From the NCBI GenBank assembly GCA_045638085.1, contig JAZUAQ010000049.1, positions 1 to 47,628 on the forward strand: DNA of 47,628 nt, given 5' to 3'. Within the stretch, counting starts at the first letter, position 1. The number at the start of each line of letters is the position of its first letter. The notes under the pieces are model-generated. The model was not told the origin of the DNA. It saw only the letters and a list, made by a program, of their open reading frames with translations, and did no database searches. The stretch comes from Oscillospiraceae bacterium. Its GTDB lineage: Bacteria > Bacillota > Clostridia > Oscillospirales > Oscillospiraceae. A program made the position numbers and the translations under genes. Positions 1 through 7,446 of this stretch are shown in pieces.

Positions 1-1202
1 TCAAGAGCGGTCATATCCTTCTGACGGCGTCTGTAAACGCAGGAGACCTTCTCTGCGCCGAGACGGATTGCACTTCTTACGCAGTCCATGGCAACGTTGC
101 CACCGCCGATGACAACAACCTTCTTGCCGCTGAAATCGGGCATTTCGCCATCACCGATGCCGCGCAGAAGCATAACAGCGGAGATGACGCCTTCGCTGTC
201 CTCACCCTCGATGCCCACTTTCTTGTCGGTATGGGCGCCGATGGAGATATAAACACTGTCGAACTGCTTTCTCAGATCGTCATAGCGGATGTCCTTACCA
301 ACATCAACCTCGGTTTTCACCTCAATGGGATGAGCGCCAACGGAGAGTATATAGGCAATTTCTTTGTCCAGAGTTTCTCTGGGAAGTCGATAATTGGGAA
401 TGCCGTAACGAAGCATACCGCCAAGCTGCTTTCTCTTCTCGAAAACGGTCACCTTATGACCCATAATGGCGAGATAGAAGGCTGCGGAAAGACCGCCGGG
501 ACCACCGCCGACAACAGCAACGCGCTTTCCGGTTGCAGGAAAATGTCTCTTAGAGGCATTATTATAATCCTGATTATCAACGGCATAGCGCTTGAGAGCG
601 CGGATATTGATAGCGTTATCAACCATATTTCTGCGGCAGCGTGCCTCGCAGGGATGCTCGCAGATATATGCGCAGGCAGAGGGGAACGGATTGTCCTTAC
701 GAATAAGATTGACAGCATCGTCAAATCTTCCATCGTGTACAAGGGCGATGTAACCCGGAATATCAACTCCGGCGGGACAAAGAGCAACGCAGGGCACGGG
801 ATTTTCAAGACTGCCAAGGCAGCGCTTGTTCAGAACGTGCTCCATATAGTCATCTCTGAAGCCGCGTACGCCGTTGAGGACTATTCTTGCAGCCTCAATA
901 CCGATGGCGCAGTCTGCGCTGGCAACGATATTTTCGGCAGTTTTTTCGATGAGGGCAACGGTTTCAACGCTTCCCTCTCCGTCCAGCACCTTGGCAATGA
1001 GTGTGCTGAGCTGGCTGAGGCCGATTCGGCAAGGAACGCACTTACCGCAGGTCTGAGCCTGGCACATGGAGAGAAAGCTAAGTGCCATGTCAACAGGGCA
1101 AAGGCCCGGAGGGCTGGCAGCTATACGGCGCTCGATATCGCGGTAAATACCGTCGACAACGCTTTGAGCCCTTGAGGGCGTATTGATATCAAGTCTGCTC
1201 AT
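1..1202 (-). CDS. GltD-family FAD/NAD(P)H oxidoreductase with N-terminal NuoF-type [4Fe-4S] domain (N-terminal part only; gene runs off the window start)
   Basis: Absent from the ORF track because it has no stop inside the window. My minus-strand translation from ATG at 1202 (GAAGGTG about 7 nt upstream) stays open to base 1. It reads MSRLDINTPS...CGKCVPCRIG (NuoF-like Fe-S motif)...CPAGVDIP...CEHPCEARC (GltD-type cysteines)...VAVVGGGPGGLSAA and VVVIGGGNVAMDC (two Rossmann motifs). The + ORF 231..1175 is its antisense shadow. Confidence 0.85.
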   Translation of the reverse strand, partial: MSRLDINTPSRAQSVVDGIYRDIERRIAASPPGLCPVDMALSFLSMCQAQTCGKCVPCRIGLSQLSTLIAKVLDGEGSVETVALIEKTAENIVASADCAIGIEAARIVLNGVRGFRDDYMEHVLNKRCLGSLENPVPCVALCPAGVDIPGYIALVHDGRFDDAVNLIRKDNPFPSACAYICEHPCEARCRRNMVDNAINIRALKRYAVDNQDYNNASKRHFPATGKRVAVVGGGPGGLSAAFYLAIMGHKVTVFEKRKQLGGMLRYGIPNYRLPRETLDKEIAYILSVGAHPIEVKTEVDVGKDIRYDDLRKQFDSVYISIGAHTDKKVGIEGEDSEGVISAVMLLRGIGDGEMPDFSGKKVVVIGGGNVAMDCVRSAIRLGAEKVSCVYRRRQKDMTAL

Positions 1203-1336
1203 AGTAATTCACCTTCAATTTCTTCTTTGTTGCACAAAAATGGAAAAAATGTACATATCTGTGTAAATTTTCTCATAGGCTCATTTCAATGTCAAGCGTT
1301 AAAAAATACACATATTCATCCCCTAAAACGGGATAT

Positions 1337-1383
1337 ACAAAAAATAACGCTGTATCAATGCATTCAGCCGATACAGCGTTATT
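1337..1383 (-). terminator. intrinsic terminator downstream of the DUF554 gene
   Basis: Perfect 14-bp stem AATAACGCTGTATC (1343-1356) / GATACAGCGTTATT (1370-1383). An A-run at 1339-1344 gives a U-tract on the minus-strand transcript. Confidence 0.7.
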
Positions 1384-1391
1384 TATATTTT

Positions 1392-2111
1392 TCAGAAAAG
1401 TTTTCCTATAAGCTCTGCAAGGGGTATGTATGCAATGGGGAGGAAAATTGCGGGAAGCATATTTGCAACCTTGATGCGTTTGGGGCTAAGCTCCAGCATG
1501 TTGATTCCCATGCCGATGAGGATAACTCCGCCAACGGCACTCATTTCGCAAACAACCTCCGGGCTGAGGTAAGGAGAAATTACGCCTGCGAGGAGGGTAA
1601 GGCCTCCCTGAAAAACGAGTATGAAAAGCGCGGAGAAAGGAACACCCAGTCCCATTGCCGCCGCAAACATAATACTCGTTACAAAGTCGAGGGCGCTTTT
1701 TGCATATATTATGCTGTTATTTCCATTTATTCCCGCTTCGAAAGAGCCCATAATTGTCATACTGCCAACGCAGAAAACCACGCAGGCGGTGACGAATCCT
1801 TCCGTGAAGCGGCCTGCTCCCTTCCCTTTCAGAAGCTTTGACTTAATGAACTCCCCTGCCCCTTCTATGCCGTCATCGATGCGGATTATCTCGCCTATCA
1901 AAGTGCCGAGAGCCATGCATATAATGATGCAGAGTATATCCTCCGTTCCTATGGCGCTTGTTATGCCGATAAGCACGGTGACGAGAGCAAGTGCGCTTAT
2001 TACGGCGCTAACGAATTTTTCTTTTATGAAATTTCGGAAAAGGATGCCGATGGCGCTGCCGAGAAGCACCGTCGCCATATTTACAAATACAGCCAACATA
2101 AATAATTCCAT
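1392..2111 (-). CDS. DUF554-family polytopic membrane protein (YdfK-like)
   Basis: 239-aa ORF that is hydrophobic throughout. The N-terminus (FVNMATVLLGSAIGILF) and overall layout match what I recall of DUF554. The start may instead be the ATG at 2099. Confidence 0.75.
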   Translation of the reverse strand: MELFMLAVFVNMATVLLGSAIGILFRNFIKEKFVSAVISALALVTVLIGITSAIGTEDILCIIICMALGTLIGEIIRIDDGIEGAGEFIKSKLLKGKGAGRFTEGFVTACVVFCVGSMTIMGSFEAGINGNNSIIYAKSALDFVTSIMFAAAMGLGVPFSALFILVFQGGLTLLAGVISPYLSPEVVCEMSAVGGVILIGMGINMLELSPKRIKVANMLPAIFLPIAYIPLAELIGKLF

Positions 2112-2173
2112 CTCTTTGCAGGTTTTATGGACTTGATTTTACATTTTGCGTTCTTAAATGTCAATCACGGGAT

Positions 2174-2203
2174 TTGACAAAGGCGGCCTCTCAGTGGTAT
2201 TAT
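2174..2203 (+). promoter_or_regulatory. sigma-A-type promoter for tRNA-Leu
   Basis: TTGACA (2174-2179), 18-nt spacer, TATTAT (2198-2203). It ends about 19 nt before the tRNA 5' end. Confidence 0.5.
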
Positions 2204-2221
2204 ATGCGGGCATTCAAATAT

Positions 2222-2304
2222 GCGGGTATGATGGAATTGGCAGACATGCAGGATTTAGGTTCCTGTGCGCAAGCGTTGGGGTTCAAGTCCCCATACCCGT
2301 ACCA
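2222..2304 (+). tRNA. tRNA-Leu (anticodon UAG), long variable arm, CCA encoded
   Basis: Hand-folded cloverleaf. Acceptor GCGGGTA/TACCCGT (1:72 is G-U). Anticodon stem CAGGA/TCCTG with loop TTTAGGT. 11-nt variable arm. T-arm TGGGG-TTCAAGT-CCCCA. Discriminator A plus CCA. Confidence 0.9.
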
Positions 2305-2307
2305 AAA

Positions 2308-2337
2308 AACCTCCGGTGCAATGCATCGGAGGTTTTT
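2308..2337 (+). terminator. intrinsic terminator after tRNA-Leu
   Basis: Stem AACCTCCG (2308-2315) / CGGAGGTT (2327-2334), followed by TTTTT. Confidence 0.75.
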
Positions 2338-2363
2338 CAACGAAATAAACCCCTTTCCAGATT

Positions 2364-2562
2364 TGTGAAATACGCTTCGCGTGTGAAATACACCTATGGT
2401 GTGTGAAATGTGCTGCGGCACATAAGGATTTATTTTATTTCACTTGATGCATCAGCATCAAATTTCACAATTCGCACGGCGAATTATTTCACCGAGAGCG
2501 TAGGCTAGCGATTTCACTTATAAATTTATAGCCCGTAAACACATAAAGACAGGCTGTGAAAT
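2364..2562. repeat. array of eight perfect heptamers interleaved with unrelated short palindromes
   Basis: GTGAAAT starts at 2365, 2383, 2403 and 2556. ATTTCAC starts at 2437, 2462, 2486 and 2511. The intervals carry these palindromes: ACGC-TTC-GCGT (2372-2382), ACACC-TAT-GGTGT (2390-2402), ATGTGC-TGCG-GCACAT (2408-2423), TTGATGC-ATCA-GCATCAA (2444-2461), AATTCGC-ACG-GCGAATT (2469-2485) and TATAAATTTATA (2519-2530). Confidence 0.9.
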
Positions 2563-2577
2563 AACAGCCTGTCTTTT
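2546..2577 (+). terminator. 12-bp hairpin with short U-tract (terminator-like); its loop carries the last heptamer copy
   Basis: AAGACAGGCTGT (2546-2557) pairs perfectly with ACAGCCTGTCTT (2564-2575). Loop is GAAATA. Followed by TT then AAT, so four consecutive T counting the stem end. Confidence 0.4.
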
Positions 2578-2601
2578 AATATCGATAGCAATCAATCCGC
2601 T

Positions 2602-2629
2602 ACATCACAATTGGTAGCAGCTGTGATGT
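2602..2629. promoter_or_regulatory. inverted repeat ACATCACA-N12-TGTGATGT upstream of the 2731 gene promoter (candidate operator)
   Basis: Perfect 8-bp arms at 2602-2609 and 2622-2629. They lie about 40 nt upstream of the -35 at 2666 and share the TGTGA/TCACA core with the heptamer array. Confidence 0.3.
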
Positions 2630-2665
2630 CTTGCGAGATTTCTTCAGTCCATTTGTTCACCAACA

Positions 2666-2694
2666 TTGATTTTTTGTAGTATTTGCCATATAAT
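2666..2694 (+). promoter_or_regulatory. sigma-A-type promoter for CDS 2731..3837
   Basis: TTGATT (2666-2671), 17-nt spacer, TATAAT (2689-2694). Confidence 0.55.
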
Positions 2695-2730
2695 TTGTGT
2701 AAGTTCAAATAAAGGGTCGTAAAGGAGCGT

Positions 2731-3837
2731 GTGAAGTCCGTGATAAACTATAAGAAGTCTGTGTTCTGGGTTGTCGTTCTGTCTATCTCCGCCTGCGTGA
2801 TTATTGCGGTCTGTCTCCTAACATATCCAAAAGGATTCCAATTTGACGAAACATCACACACTATTGTTTCTGCTAACCATCTCGACATACGAACTGCTGA
2901 TGATACGGTATCAGCTGAAATGAATTCTTCCCAAATTAGCGAGTTGAGTTCTCGATTAGCCGGGATCAGGAAAACAAAGAAGAGCGATGAATATAGCGGC
3001 TGTACCCCTGTGTATCAAATCAATGCTCTACTGGAGGATGGCACTTGTATTCATATCAACGGATATGATTTGTCAGACAATGATGTGGTAGACATTGAAT
3101 GGAATGACGAACGCTATGTTATATCTGATGTGGAATTTCAAGACTATCTAAGTCGAATCTGCAGTAGAGCAGATGTTTCATCTGCTGATAATATTATAAT
3201 CTTAGATTATTTTGAAAACCTAGAATCCAATGATACTGGCATTATTGAGGATAACAAAATTCTTTCAGAGGACATTGAGAGCGAAGATATTCCCTTCGTG
3301 CCAACCGAAAAAGATGTGTTAGAATTAAGAGCCATTGTACTGGCGGGTATGAGCGATAGCGAAATTTTTAGACTAACCGATTTTATTAAGGCCGCAAATT
3401 CAAGCTTTGAAAATGCGTGGTTTTATAATGATATTTTTGGTCAACTGAGCGATCCCGAGAATGTTTACTGGACCTATTTTGACAGGACCGGAGAAATACA
3501 GATTGGATGGGCAGAAAGCAACGAAGGCAAAATATCAGCGGTTACCGATTACAATGACTACGATGCGGCTTTCTTTATTAGTACTATATCCGAGCTTAAA
3601 GAAAGCGTTGTAAGCGGTATGTTGGATGACGATATGGACAAACTGATTGACCTTTGTTCAAAAGCACAAAAAGCACACGATGTTGAACATGTGGTCGATA
3701 TGTATCATATGCTCCACGATATGGATTATTTTCTCCTTCGGTATGGTCCTACTGATGTGGGAGAGTATGTTAAGGACGATTCGACAATCTCCAAGTACTA
3801 TGGAAGCTTGAGTATATGGAGGGCTTACGAAAATTGA
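2731..3837 (+). CDS. hypothetical N-terminally membrane-anchored protein (368 aa), no family recognised
   Basis: Long ORF with a GTG start. AAAGGAG lies only 3 nt upstream, and a second GTG at 2740 is also possible. One TM segment (VFWVVVLSISACVIIAVCLL) precedes an acidic soluble region. Codon style is atypical for the window (TTA, CTA, AGA used). Confidence 0.7.
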   Translation: MKSVINYKKSVFWVVVLSISACVIIAVCLLTYPKGFQFDETSHTIVSANHLDIRTADDTVSAEMNSSQISELSSRLAGIRKTKKSDEYSGCTPVYQINALLEDGTCIHINGYDLSDNDVVDIEWNDERYVISDVEFQDYLSRICSRADVSSADNIIILDYFENLESNDTGIIEDNKILSEDIESEDIPFVPTEKDVLELRAIVLAGMSDSEIFRLTDFIKAANSSFENAWFYNDIFGQLSDPENVYWTYFDRTGEIQIGWAESNEGKISAVTDYNDYDAAFFISTISELKESVVSGMLDDDMDKLIDLCSKAQKAHDVEHVVDMYHMLHDMDYFLLRYGPTDVGEYVKDDSTISKYYGSLSIWRAYEN

Positions 3838-3876
3838 CCATAGCAAAAGCGTTCCCCCGTGTTGCCAATGCAGCTA

Positions 3877-3905
3877 ATGACAAAGCGAAAAATTTGTGAT
3901 ATGAT
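3877..3905 (+). promoter_or_regulatory. extended -10 promoter for CDS 3985..4674
   Basis: ATGACA (3877-3882), 17-nt spacer ending TGA, then TATGAT (3900-3905). Confidence 0.4.
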
Positions 3906-3984
3906 TTTTGCAAATAGAGGACGTTTCTATTAAAGCTTTTAAATACACAGAACGGTTAGTCAATCTTGTTATTGAGGCGATTTT

Positions 3985-4674
3985 ATGAAAAAATCTTTTG
4001 CATGGAGTCTGATTCTCATTATTACTCTCATGCTTTGTTCTTGTACAGTGCCCTCCGCAGCCGAGTCAGAGACCGGTAATACACAATCAGCCGCGCAAGA
4101 AACACCGGCAACAGAGCCAACGCAGGTAACTCCTCCCGAAACCACGGCAACACCACAGCTGCAAGACTGGAAACCGGCCTATCTGGAGTTTTTAGAAAAC
4201 GCAAAGGATTATCATGTGGGCTTTGCACTGGTTTACATCGATGGGGATGATATTCCGGAGCTTTACCTGAACGGTGATTGCGAAGCCACAGGCGATGCCC
4301 TGTGCACATATAAAAACGGCAGAGTGATTGAAGAGCCTTTAAGTCGCACTTGGGGCGGCAGTTACATTCCCGGTTCAGGACTGGTAAAAAACACCAACGG
4401 CAATATGGGATATTACACCACAGATATTTACAGCCTCACAGACACAGGTTTTGTAAACATTTGGAGCGGCCTTGAAGTGCAGGAGATTATTCCTCCGGCA
4501 AACGAAGACGAAGAGCCAACCATGGCCATTTCCTTCTCCATAGGTGACCAAACCGTTAGCGAAGAAGAATACTATGCAGCCATCGAGGCGGTTTTCAATA
4601 CATCGCAGGCTGTGCCTCTCCACGAAAACACTCTGTCTTATGACGCTGTGCGGCAGCTGATTCAGGATAGCTGA
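3985..4674 (+). CDS. hypothetical secreted protein / probable lipoprotein (229 aa)
   Basis: Signal peptide MKKSFAWSLILIITLMLCSC with a lipobox-like LCSC, followed by a T/P/E/Q-rich linker. GAGG RBS 7 nt upstream. No family recognised. Confidence 0.75.
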   Translation: MKKSFAWSLILIITLMLCSCTVPSAAESETGNTQSAAQETPATEPTQVTPPETTATPQLQDWKPAYLEFLENAKDYHVGFALVYIDGDDIPELYLNGDCEATGDALCTYKNGRVIEEPLSRTWGGSYIPGSGLVKNTNGNMGYYTTDIYSLTDTGFVNIWSGLEVQEIIPPANEDEEPTMAISFSIGDQTVSEEEYYAAIEAVFNTSQAVPLHENTLSYDAVRQLIQDS

Positions 4675-4776
4675 CAAACGAAAATGCCGCTATGGCCATT
4701 TCCGGAGCATAGCGGATGCTTCAGCTGGTATTAAAATAGCTCACTAATTTCAGATAAACATTTGCTAAATCATTCC

Positions 4777-4813
4777 AAAGACCGACTCCCACAATCGGGA
4801 ATCGGTCTTTTTT
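4777..4813 (+). terminator. intrinsic terminator after CDS 3985..4674
   Basis: AAAGACCGA (4777-4785) / TCGGTCTTT (4802-4810) with inner TCCC/GGGA pairs, followed by a T-run to 4813. Confidence 0.75.
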
Positions 4814-4825
4814 GTTGCGCTCAAA

Positions 4826-4854
4826 TTGACTTGAAATGCAAGTTGTGATATACC
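4826..4854 (+). promoter_or_regulatory. promoter for the 4892-8397 operon
   Basis: TTGACT (4826-4831), 17-nt spacer ending TGA (extended -10), then TATACC (4849-4854). Confidence 0.45.
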
Positions 4855-4891
4855 TTATACATAAACATATACATAATTTGGAGAGTGCCCT

Positions 4892-6454
4892 GTGAAGAAA
4901 AAGATATTAAAATTCATAAGAAAATGCTTTGACAGCACCCTTGCCAAGATCCTTGCATATATTGTTCTCATCTTCGTTATTTTCTGCTTTTTCGGAGTTT
5001 TCAAGACCCTAGATGGCTCTTTTTCCAAGATATTTAGCAGAATATTTGCAATATTCACCAGTGAAAGCACGCTCTCTGTTTTTCTTGCAGGTATTTTTTC
5101 TATCTTTATTGCAATAATCGTCAAGCTGTTTGACGCTTATCTGGAAGAATCCAGCAAGATTAGCGATAACCACCACAAGGTTATCTCCTCCTATAGCGCC
5201 CATCCCAAAACCGATAAATCCGAAATACTCAAAAATAATAATAACTTCTGCGACAAAGACGGCGGATTTATGGCTCTCCACTCCGAACACATCACTGTTT
5301 TCGGAGAAGGCGAACTGAAAAACGATGTTAAAGACAAATATTCCAAGGAATACAGCGTTGTTCAGAAGGACATAGAGGCCTTTGACCACGGCAAGGGCAA
5401 ACTATACCTCCCCTCGCTGAACGTTTTCTCCAATGTTTGCGGCAACACCAAGATCATTTTTGACGACAGCAAGGAGGCTCATCAGCTTCCCGATTTCGTT
5501 ATGCAAAACGCGCTCAAGCTTCTTGCCGCACACAAAAGTTCCAAGCGCTCCAACAATGGAACTGTCCGCCTCAACGATTTCTTCTTTAATCCCCACGAGA
5601 ACACCCTCACGCTGAACACTCAGCGCAGTATGTACTTCCACATGCTCATTACGAACCGATGCATGGACTATGAGTTTGACGACGGATTGACCATCAGAAA
5701 TGTCTATGAATACCGCAATAAAATATCCCCCCTCAACAAATCTGTTTTCGGTAATCAGATCGGCATAAACGGTCTTATCCTCACAAGCGACGGCTATGTC
5801 CTTGTTGAAAAGCGCGACCAAAAGAAAATCACATGGAAAAACAAGTTCGCCCAGTCCATATCCCTCGCCCTCAAGGTATCCGACCTTAACCTTGGAAACA
5901 ACGAAACAATAAAGCCCACCACTCTCGAGGCAAGCAAGCAGTTTAAGGGCATCATAGAAAAGACCGTTAAGGATAATTTTGGCCTCATTCCCGAAGACTA
6001 CAACGAATTTTCCATAGAGGACAACTTCCTCGGCATCGCCCGCGACCTTCTTGAAGGTGGCAAGCCGAACATGTATTTTTACCTTACAACCAAGCTCAAC
6101 GCTCAGGAGCTAAGAGAGCTTCTTGAGAAAAACGCCGCGAGAACCGAAACCGAAAAGGGCATAAAGCCTCTCCAGACCTCCAAGCTCTCTTCCGACTATT
6201 ACCTCATCCCCTACAACGACCTCCGCGTGAACTTTAACTACTCGATGAAGGTTGACCGCCGCACTTCCTACTGGATTCGCAGACGCATTCACCCCCGCGA
6301 CAGCCGTTTCCACGCTTTTAAGGAAAAATTCCGCCACACTTTCGGTACAGCTTTCAACCCCATACTTAAGCGCGAATGCGGCGAAGCGCTGCTGGTAACT
6401 GTGGCATTTCTTGAGCTTTGCAAAGAGCGCATAGATGCCATCAAGAACAAATAA
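4892..6454 (+). CDS. orphan membrane protein: two N-terminal TM helices plus about 430-aa soluble region with a possible degenerate Nudix-like fold
   Basis: 520-aa ORF with GTG start and GGAGAG RBS. TM helices are ILAYIVLIFVIFCFFGVF and LSVFLAGIFSIFIAIIVKLF. The C-terminal part contains GINGLILTSDGYVLVEKRDQKK and ...GIIEKTVKDNFGL, which resemble a Nudix beta-strand and a Nudix box lacking the REXXEE glutamates. This is my pattern recognition only. Confidence 0.8.
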   Translation: MKKKILKFIRKCFDSTLAKILAYIVLIFVIFCFFGVFKTLDGSFSKIFSRIFAIFTSESTLSVFLAGIFSIFIAIIVKLFDAYLEESSKISDNHHKVISSYSAHPKTDKSEILKNNNNFCDKDGGFMALHSEHITVFGEGELKNDVKDKYSKEYSVVQKDIEAFDHGKGKLYLPSLNVFSNVCGNTKIIFDDSKEAHQLPDFVMQNALKLLAAHKSSKRSNNGTVRLNDFFFNPHENTLTLNTQRSMYFHMLITNRCMDYEFDDGLTIRNVYEYRNKISPLNKSVFGNQIGINGLILTSDGYVLVEKRDQKKITWKNKFAQSISLALKVSDLNLGNNETIKPTTLEASKQFKGIIEKTVKDNFGLIPEDYNEFSIEDNFLGIARDLLEGGKPNMYFYLTTKLNAQELRELLEKNAARTETEKGIKPLQTSKLSSDYYLIPYNDLRVNFNYSMKVDRRTSYWIRRRIHPRDSRFHAFKEKFRHTFGTAFNPILKRECGEALLVTVAFLELCKERIDAIKNK

Positions 6455-6464
6455 AGGTGATATA

Positions 6465-7445
6465 ATGAACGATAAAATTCTCTCCTTCGGAGAAATTATG
6501 CTCCGCCTCACCCCTCCTTCCCACGGCCTTATAAGTGAGGCACGCGCATTTGATGCCTGCTATGGCGGAACAGAATCCAATGTTCTGGTCTGCCTCTCCT
6601 GCCTTGGCCACAACACTGAATACCTCACCGCTCTCCCCGCCGACGATCTGGGCGACGCTACCGTGAGACATCTTCGCTCTTACGGAGTTCAGACAGAGCA
6701 TATAATCCGCAGCGGAGACCGCATTGGTCTTTACTTCCTCGAGGAGGGTCAGGGAGATCGCACAACCAAAGTTGTCTATATGCGCAAAGGCTCTGAAGCT
6801 TCCAAGCTTGACGAAAACGCATTCAATCTTGACGAGGTTTTTGAGAGCTGTTCCCTTTTCCATATAAGCGGAATTTCCTTTGCCATTTCCGAAGGCGCCC
6901 GCCGCCTCAGCTTTCAGTTCCTGAAGGAGGCAAAGCGCCGTGGCATCCCCGTAAGCTTTGACTTCAACTACCGTGGTAAGCTTTGGACAATCGAGGAAGC
7001 TGCAGAGGTTTATAAAGAGATAATCAAGTATGTGGACATAGTTTTCTGCGCAGAGAAAGACCTCAGCACCTTCCTTGGCACAAGCAGAGAACATTTCCAC
7101 AGTGAATTTGGCTGCCCCATGCTCATCGTCCGCGAAAGACAGTGGCTTTCTGACAGCAAATGCTCCGTTTCCCTCTATGCCTCCCATAAGACCGAAGAGG
7201 GCATTAAAAGCTCTTGCATTGAAAACACCCAGTTTTCCGCTTACGAAAAAATTGGCTCCGGCGATGCATTTGCTGCAGGTGTTCTCCATATTCTATCCAG
7301 GGATACAGACAATATTGAAGACGCTCTTCGCTGGGGTCTCGGCTGCTTCGTCCTCAAACACACTCAGCGCGGTGACGTGCTGAGCCAGAGCAAGAGCGCC
7401 ATCGAAGCCTATATCAACAATTTTTCAAAGGATGTGAGCAGATAA
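6465..7445 (+). CDS. kdgK: PfkB-family sugar kinase, 2-dehydro-3-deoxygluconokinase-like
   Basis: MNDKILSFGEIMLRL N-terminus and GSGDAFAAG PfkB signature. ATG at 6465 has AAAGGTGA 5 nt upstream and lies 10 nt after the preceding stop. The track start at 6435 would overlap the upstream gene and lacks an RBS. Confidence 0.85.
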   Translation: MNDKILSFGEIMLRLTPPSHGLISEARAFDACYGGTESNVLVCLSCLGHNTEYLTALPADDLGDATVRHLRSYGVQTEHIIRSGDRIGLYFLEEGQGDRTTKVVYMRKGSEASKLDENAFNLDEVFESCSLFHISGISFAISEGARRLSFQFLKEAKRRGIPVSFDFNYRGKLWTIEEAAEVYKEIIKYVDIVFCAEKDLSTFLGTSREHFHSEFGCPMLIVRERQWLSDSKCSVSLYASHKTEEGIKSSCIENTQFSAYEKIGSGDAFAAGVLHILSRDTDNIEDALRWGLGCFVLKHTQRGDVLSQSKSAIEAYINNFSKDVSR

Positions 7446-7446
7446 G

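Noticed and set aside
231-1175. 314-aa + strand ORF in the track
   Set aside because: It is the antisense shadow of the GltD-like gene, which I translated on the minus strand (1..1202). Its product is low-complexity, it has no RBS, and the minus frame carries clear Fe-S and Rossmann motifs.
2158-2421. Three small ORFs (2158-2406 +, 2174-2368 +, 2200-2421 -)
   Set aside because: All overlap the tRNA-Leu gene, its promoter or its terminator. None has an RBS.
2364-2562. CRISPR array, Rex/CRP operator or DnaA-box cluster as explanations for the heptamer array
   Set aside because: - CRISPR: the repeats are only 7 nt with 11-18-nt intervals, and no cas genes are present.
- Rex (TGTGAA-N4-TTCACA as I recall it) and CRP (TGTGA-N6-TCACA): half-sites are present, but no pair has the required spacing or orientation.
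- DnaA box (TTATCCACA): the best alignments match only about 5 of 8-9 positions.
6435-6464. Upstream start codons offered by the track for several genes: 6435 kdgK, 25272 GNAT, 25971 lipoprotein, 27935 DUF2344, 36023 ddl, 36157 exonuclease, 39407 ribF, 44481 ylxQ, 46446 and 47614
   Set aside because: In each case an in-frame ATG further in has a properly spaced GGAGG-like RBS and gives the canonical family N-terminus or signal peptide. The longer forms overlap upstream genes or lack an RBS.
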